Shown here piece after piece: positions 34,453 through 36,177 of a stretch of DNA of 36,177 nucleotides (position 1 is the stretch's first letter; each line of letters begins with the position of its first letter). The notes under the pieces were generated by a model. The model saw only the letters and a program-made list of their open reading frames with translations, had not been told where the DNA came from and made no database searches. The position numbers and the translations under genes were made by a program. This DNA comes from Macrostomum lignano (lineage: Eukaryota): contig NIVC01004749.1 of assembly GCA_002269645.1 (NCBI GenBank), positions 1-36,177 of the forward strand. Reading direction: 5' to 3'.

Positions 34453-34936
34453 TTTTAATGTTTAAAAAACATGTTTCTATCAATTTAATAATTTCTAAAT
34501 ATTGGTCACCATATAAAAAATTTAAAGCAAATTCCCCAGTTAACAAGGTAACTCCATTATCAAATACTTTTTGTACGGGGTTTTTAGTAGTATTATTAAT
34601 GCAAATATAATATAAATCAAATTCGGGATTAACATATTTAAATTCTAATAACTTTTGAATATTTCTAAATCGACTTGATGAATTATCTGTGTTATCAGAA
34701 GATTTTAACTCTAACGCAACTTTTCTTTCTGTATGAATTAAATCAATTTTATTTACTTTTTCAAAACCAAAATGTTTAATAGCTAATAATTCATAAAGAG
34801 ATCCAAGTCTCATTTGTATTGTTTTAATACGGTTTGCAATTATTAATTCATCTTGAAATATTTTATTTAGTATTCTGTCAGAACCAACTTTATCATAAAT
34901 AGGCTTACAAAGGTGGTCTTTTATTGTTTCATCCAT
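34433..34936 (-). CDS. PD-(D/E)XK nuclease resembling Eco47II/Sau96I-type restriction endonucleases, 167 aa
   Basis: KTIQMRLGSLYE...KIDL...VALELKSSDNTDNSSS...KLLEFKYVNP...YYICIN gives an E...D...ExK core plus the NT.NSSS motif. Intact ORF; its 3' end overlaps the PLA2 ATG by 20 nt. Confidence 0.7.
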   Translation of the reverse strand: MDETIKDHLCKPIYDKVGSDRILNKIFQDELIIANRIKTIQMRLGSLYELLAIKHFGFEKVNKIDLIHTERKVALELKSSDNTDNSSSRFRNIQKLLEFKYVNPEFDLYYICINNTTKNPVQKVFDNGVTLLTGEFALNFLYGDQYLEIIKLIETCFLNIKNEPNSI

Positions 34937-34964
34937 TTTATAAAAAAATAAATTTAACAATTAA

Positions 34965-35636
34965 TTAAACTCCAGTATGTCCAGCAGCTTTCGCAGCAGC
35001 TAAAACAAGTTTTCGCGGTGTTTTAAATCCATCACCAACAGCTGGTTTGTTATTTATAGAATTAACAATCCATTTATACAAGCTGGTATTTTTAACAGCT
35101 CCTCCTAACTCATCATAAAAAATTCTAGCACTTATTAATTCATCCCTAGTATATAAATCGGGGTTAAATTTTACCCTAGGGTTCGTAATAATATTAAATG
35201 CTCCGCCCAATTCTCTATATAGTTCATTTCGATCTTTAACAACGTTACCAATTCGATAATTACCACCACCTAAATCTGTCACAGCAATACTAGTTGGTGC
35301 AGGTCTCGGATATTGTTCAACTCCACCCCTAATCTCTTCACGTCTAATTTCTGCAACTCTAAATATTGCTTGATCAGTCTCATAAGCAGGCGGCTCATCC
35401 AAAATTTCATCCTCTTTTGGCTCCGTATTTTTAGCAATTTTTTCCAGAAGATCTTTATCTGTTTTTTCTAGTTCACTAATTTTCCCAGTAATAGGATTAA
35501 CAAAAGGAGCAGCAAATCTTTCGCCAGCTAATTGTATTCCTAACTTTCTTTTTTGTAAATTTCTAACAAAATCAGAATATCTTTGCTTCTCTTTATAAAT
35601 CGCTAACTCTCCATCAACGTCCATAAATTGACTCAT
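34965..35636 (-). CDS. Viral hypothetical protein, 223 aa, with a C-terminal LVLAAAKAAGHTGV motif like conserved Polinton-associated proteins
   Basis: Intact AT-rich ORF. The tail resembles the L.LL.AS..AG.T motif of Polinton proteins (recognised by eye). Confidence 0.7.
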   Translation of the reverse strand: MSQFMDVDGELAIYKEKQRYSDFVRNLQKRKLGIQLAGERFAAPFVNPITGKISELEKTDKDLLEKIAKNTEPKEDEILDEPPAYETDQAIFRVAEIRREEIRGGVEQYPRPAPTSIAVTDLGGGNYRIGNVVKDRNELYRELGGAFNIITNPRVKFNPDLYTRDELISARIFYDELGGAVKNTSLYKWIVNSINNKPAVGDGFKTPRKLVLAAAKAAGHTGV

Positions 35637-35670
35637 TTTTTAACATAAAAAACTTTTTTAACTTAAAAAA

Positions 35671-36177
35671 ATGGCTGAAACAAAAACTATGTGGAGTGAT
35701 AAATTTCATTTCAAAAAGCACCGACAGTATATTGATGAGGTCAGAGCAAGAGATTTAAATTATACCCTACCAACAAGTGATAATTCAAATAACTTTACTA
35801 CTGGAACGGTAACTTTTGACATCGGCGCAACCAACACTATATTGGATATGAAAATGCGTTTTCCGCGTTAGATGGTTGTATACTAGAAATGATGGAACTG
35901 CTCTTGCAGCCGGAGATATCGCAGATCGATCCGGAATAATAATAGAAAATGATTGGTTTTATAAATGTTTTCCCAAGCTCAACTAACTGTTAATGGTGCT
36001 GAGGTTGAGACATCATCAAACCCCGCAGAGATTAATGGAGTTTTGAAACATTTAAATTAAATTATACTTATTTATCAAAACAAGTTGGTGATAATGTTGG
36101 GTGGATGCCGGATAAAGGTAAACGGTCAAGCAGTAGTTTTCCTAATGTACAAAACGCAGCTGGTGCAGATACTGCAG
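35671..36177 (+). pseudogene. N-terminal part of a probable major capsid (double jelly-roll) gene with at least 3 frame disruptions, running off the window
   Basis: Pieces NNFTTGTVTFDIG / TRNDGTALAAGD...IENDWFYKCF / SQAQLTVNGAEVETSSNP...LKHLN / NYTY...GWMPD follow the order of Polinton MCP N-terminal motifs. Breaks near 35860-35880, 35970 and 36058. Confidence 0.55.

Larger units (their letters stand above)
31957..36177. mobile_element. Polinton/Maverick (adintovirus-like) endogenous viral element, left part; left boundary uncertain (31470-31957)
   Basis: Abrupt switch to AT-rich, gene-dense sequence with no spliceosomal introns. Encodes a Polinton-type RVE integrase, a parvovirus-type PLA2 domain and a capsid-like N-terminus. 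AGTAGT terminal-type motif at 31957. Confidence 0.85.

Overview
Eukaryotic, almost certainly invertebrate animal, genomic DNA: GC-rich exons, short GT-AG introns and many mini- and microsatellites. Host part (1 to ~31.4 kb): the 3' exons of a + strand gene; three tandem SVOP-like MFS transporter genes (- strand, two exons each, two copies carrying 1-nt indels); a 3-exon uncharacterised gene; and an eEF2 gene (~849 aa). eEF2 has a GC-AG intron and a probable ATG-only first exon 5.9 kb upstream. That first intron holds two related DNA transposons with 8-bp target-site duplications. A mariner relic, a possible CENP-N-like exon and a signal-peptide exon follow. The last ~4.5 kb is the left part of an AT-rich Polinton/Maverick (adintovirus-like) endogenous virus. 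It encodes a PLA2-integrase gene, a restriction-enzyme-like PD-(D/E)XK nuclease, a disrupted capsid-like gene and small orphan ORFs. Main discovery: a 333-nt group IC1 self-splicing intron (33995-34327, - strand) sits exactly inside the Gly|Pro codons of the viral PLA2 Ca-binding loop, ~105 bp from the nuclease gene. Removing it recreates GGTCC, the GGNCC-type site cut by the Eco47II/Sau96I-like enzymes the nuclease resembles, which suggests a nuclease-plus-intron homing/immunity module. All family calls come from motif recognition by eye, not database searches. Scattered 1-nt indels, mostly at short base runs, suggest assembly error as well as real decay.
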